Shown here piece by piece: positions 61,348 through 64,000 of a stretch of 64,000 bases of DNA. Under the pieces are notes generated by a model that was given only the letters and a program-made list of their open reading frames with translations, was not told the DNA's origin and searched no databases. The stretch lies in assembly GCA_043228905.1 (NCBI GenBank), contig JBHGNT010000005.1, forward strand, positions 2,914,001 to 2,978,000, read 5' to 3'. Origin of the DNA: Azolla caroliniana (lineage: Eukaryota; Plantae; Polypodiophyta). Within the stretch, counting starts at the first letter, position 1. Each line of letters begins with the position of its first letter. The position numbers were made by a program, and so were the translations under genes.

Positions 61348-64000
61348 ATGAGAAAAAGTGGAAATGAAACTGTTCAAACTACCAGTGTGTCGGTGATATG
61401 GGAGTAAGCACACTGAGGATGTCTATTGAATAAAAACAATCAAACAAAAAAAAATCGAAAGTATTGATTTGTTGGGGGGAGTATTGAACCCAAGTGCTAT
61501 GCCATAGTAGAAGGCTTTTGAGGTTTTTTAATGTTCTCAATTCTACTACCATCTTCTCCACCAAAAGTTTGATATCTTGTGAACCCTAGGTGATTTCCCC
61601 CCCTATAGATGTGACCCTTCCATGTATAACGATGTTATTTAGAGTCGGATATATACATTTGTGGATATGGAGAGAGTAGTGCTTTAATTCTTTGGGCTTG
61701 TGTGCAGAAGACGCATGTGCCCTTTTATTAAAAGAAATATATATTTTTTATTGTTGTTTGTAATGAAAATTACGATATTTTAATTAAACAAGGTTACCTT
61801 GTATGTAAATTATTTGTCTTTTTGTAAAACATTATGTAATGTTGCCATGAGTGACTTAATTGTACCATTGTTATTTAATGGCTGCCTATCTATGTGTATA
61901 TATATATATATATATTGGAGAAAGGCATGTATTTTAGACTCCGTTCTACTGTGCATGCCCCACTTATTCAGCATTTTCATTGTGTACTTTATTAATTTAT
62001 AAACCATTGCTTGGTTAAAAAGCCATTGTCTTAATGAAATCATGTGTGTGCTTTAAAGACAATATGCCCATTTATGTGCTCCATCATTTCACTAGCCATT
62101 AAGGTACAATTGGGGTGATGATAAGGCGATGTTTTCTTGCTACTTATTTTCTAATTATGGAGTATTGCAAGAAAACAAGGCTCATGACCACATGGTGGAT
62201 ATCTATGAAATATACATCGATTGCAGGTAATTATGGCAGTTAGTATATTGTGGGTTTGGAAGATGAAGCTATAAGGAAGATTAGTTGAATGTGCACCGGG
62301 GTGAAAGGGGCTCACACAAAGATTATGCCCATTTTTCTTATGAAAATTGAGCTATGGTATAAACTAACTGCAGGATAAGACAGATAAGTGGAAGATTCAT
62401 ATCAAAGATCACCATGTCAGGGACATTATTGTATGGATTGGCATAATGGGTTAATTACTTTGTTAAGAAGACATGATAATTTATTGTATTAATATAGAAA
62501 ACACTATATTTCTAGAGTTAAATCCCCAAAGCTTAGTTTTTTCATTGTTTTGTTGTGGGTATAGGATTCATACTATATGGTATTTAACATTTATTTTGTT
62601 TTTTGTTAGAAGTAAATCTTGGAGTGACTTTTGCTTGTTCAATATGAGTGACCGTAATATGACCTCAATCTAAACAAGTTATGGACAGCAGGCATGGATC
62701 TCTAATTGTTAAAGACTCATGCAAGGCCGTCATAAGAATTACTTGTAGTTAGCATTCCTTCTATGGTTGTAGACTTGTAGTATCAGCATGAGTGCCAACT
62801 TCCAACTATTTGAGCAATCAACCAAGTCAAGTAATATAAGCAATCTCTTGAATTTACTAAAACGTAAGCGTTTTGCTGAACTTGTAGATAGTAAAGTAAA
62901 ACACAAGATATAGAAATCTAACAATATGTATGTACTTCAGCCCTTAATTTTTCCTATAGGTGGTTCCATTTTCTCACACCAACTGAATTTTGTAGTTTAG
63001 CCATTAGTTTTACCCTGATGGTTTCATTTTCGGATACCAAATGAGTTTTCTAATTTTCAACGAACTTTATAGAAATCCCAATTATATTGGAATGAAGTAT
63101 GTATGTAATAATGTATCTATTGCAATACATTCAATGGAGAGGAGGGAAATCATAGTAATAATCATGGAGCTCTTTACTCTTAGAAAATTCATTCCCATCT
63201 GAGTGTGTGTGATATGTATATATTTCCACGATCATTAACCCAGCCAGATCCTAGAAAAAAGGTATATTTGTCTTAGCTTAATAGAAGTAATTTCAGGAAG
63301 TCTCGAAATGGATAATAGTGTTTTTCTACGCATGTTCGGATTGCAGGTCCTGCACCGCTGTTTAGGGTTAAGAGTTTGGGTTTTATGACTGAAGGTTTTA
63401 TGCAGAGTGACTGAAAGGGACACGGAACACTCTCTCAGAGGAAGAAAGGTGGGCTCTTTTTCTTTGAGATCTCGTATATTGACCTAATTACTTATAGAGA
63501 GGAGGGAATTGCAGAAGGTTTTGTGGATCGCTGTCTTGCGCACAAATGTAAAAAGCTTGAAAATGTTTGAAAATGGCTTTTCTTCTATGATCCTGTGGTT
63601 TTCTTTCTTTCTTAGTTCGGAAACTCATCATTCCCTCCCCATGTATTCTGTTTCTCAATAAGTTAACGTAGAAGAAGATAATTTATTCTCCTTTATGGTT
63701 CTCATCCATATTAGTAATTACATGCATCAACCCTCGGAGAACACCCTATATACAGAGCTTATAGACATATTCTTACCCCTTTTGTATGCATACACGGAAT
63801 CTATAGCTCGTGTATTTGTAGCCCCTTATCTGAATCATACAAATTTAGTCAGTTTTTTTTATATTTATGTACTTGAAGACTTGTCTGAGTAGGTTTCCAA
63901 ATCCACAAATCTCGTCTTTATACAAAACCCCAACTGTTCTTTTTCACACTTTTCGTAAAATTGCGTACAAATTTGTAATGTAGAGATTTTCCTAATCTAG

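Noticed and set aside
63400-63440. GTGACTGAAAGGGACAC as a miR159/319-like sequence
   Set aside because: Too many mismatches to the known mature sequence and no foldback partner seen.

Overview
Eukaryotic nuclear DNA from a land plant, AT-rich and TE-dense; a seed-free plant such as a fern is my inference from TE style, not something I can prove. Four intact, spliced, plus-strand genes can be reconstructed by hand with GT-AG introns and consistent phases: a CASP-like/DUF588 membrane protein (7225-9031), a class III secretory peroxidase of the PER29 type (23465-25638), a STICHEL-like clamp-loader-family AAA+ protein (44023-49284) and a TMEM53/DUF829 protein (58585-61347). Intergenic DNA is mostly decayed, nested retroelements: several L1-like and RTE/RTEX-like LINE copies, a two-LTR Copia element that has gag/protease/integrase but no RT-RNaseH (17441-21303), a 414-bp hAT-type MITE, a solo-LTR-like piece, a candidate tRNA-headed SINE and many microsatellites. 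I found no convincing novel multi-gene system. The best leads are a dense ACGT/G-box island upstream of the STICHEL-like gene, the RT-less Copia, a polyadenylated insert with an unrecognised ORF, a TSD-bounded LTR+L1 chimera and the SINE/LINE pair. All calls come from reading motifs by eye; no searches were run.
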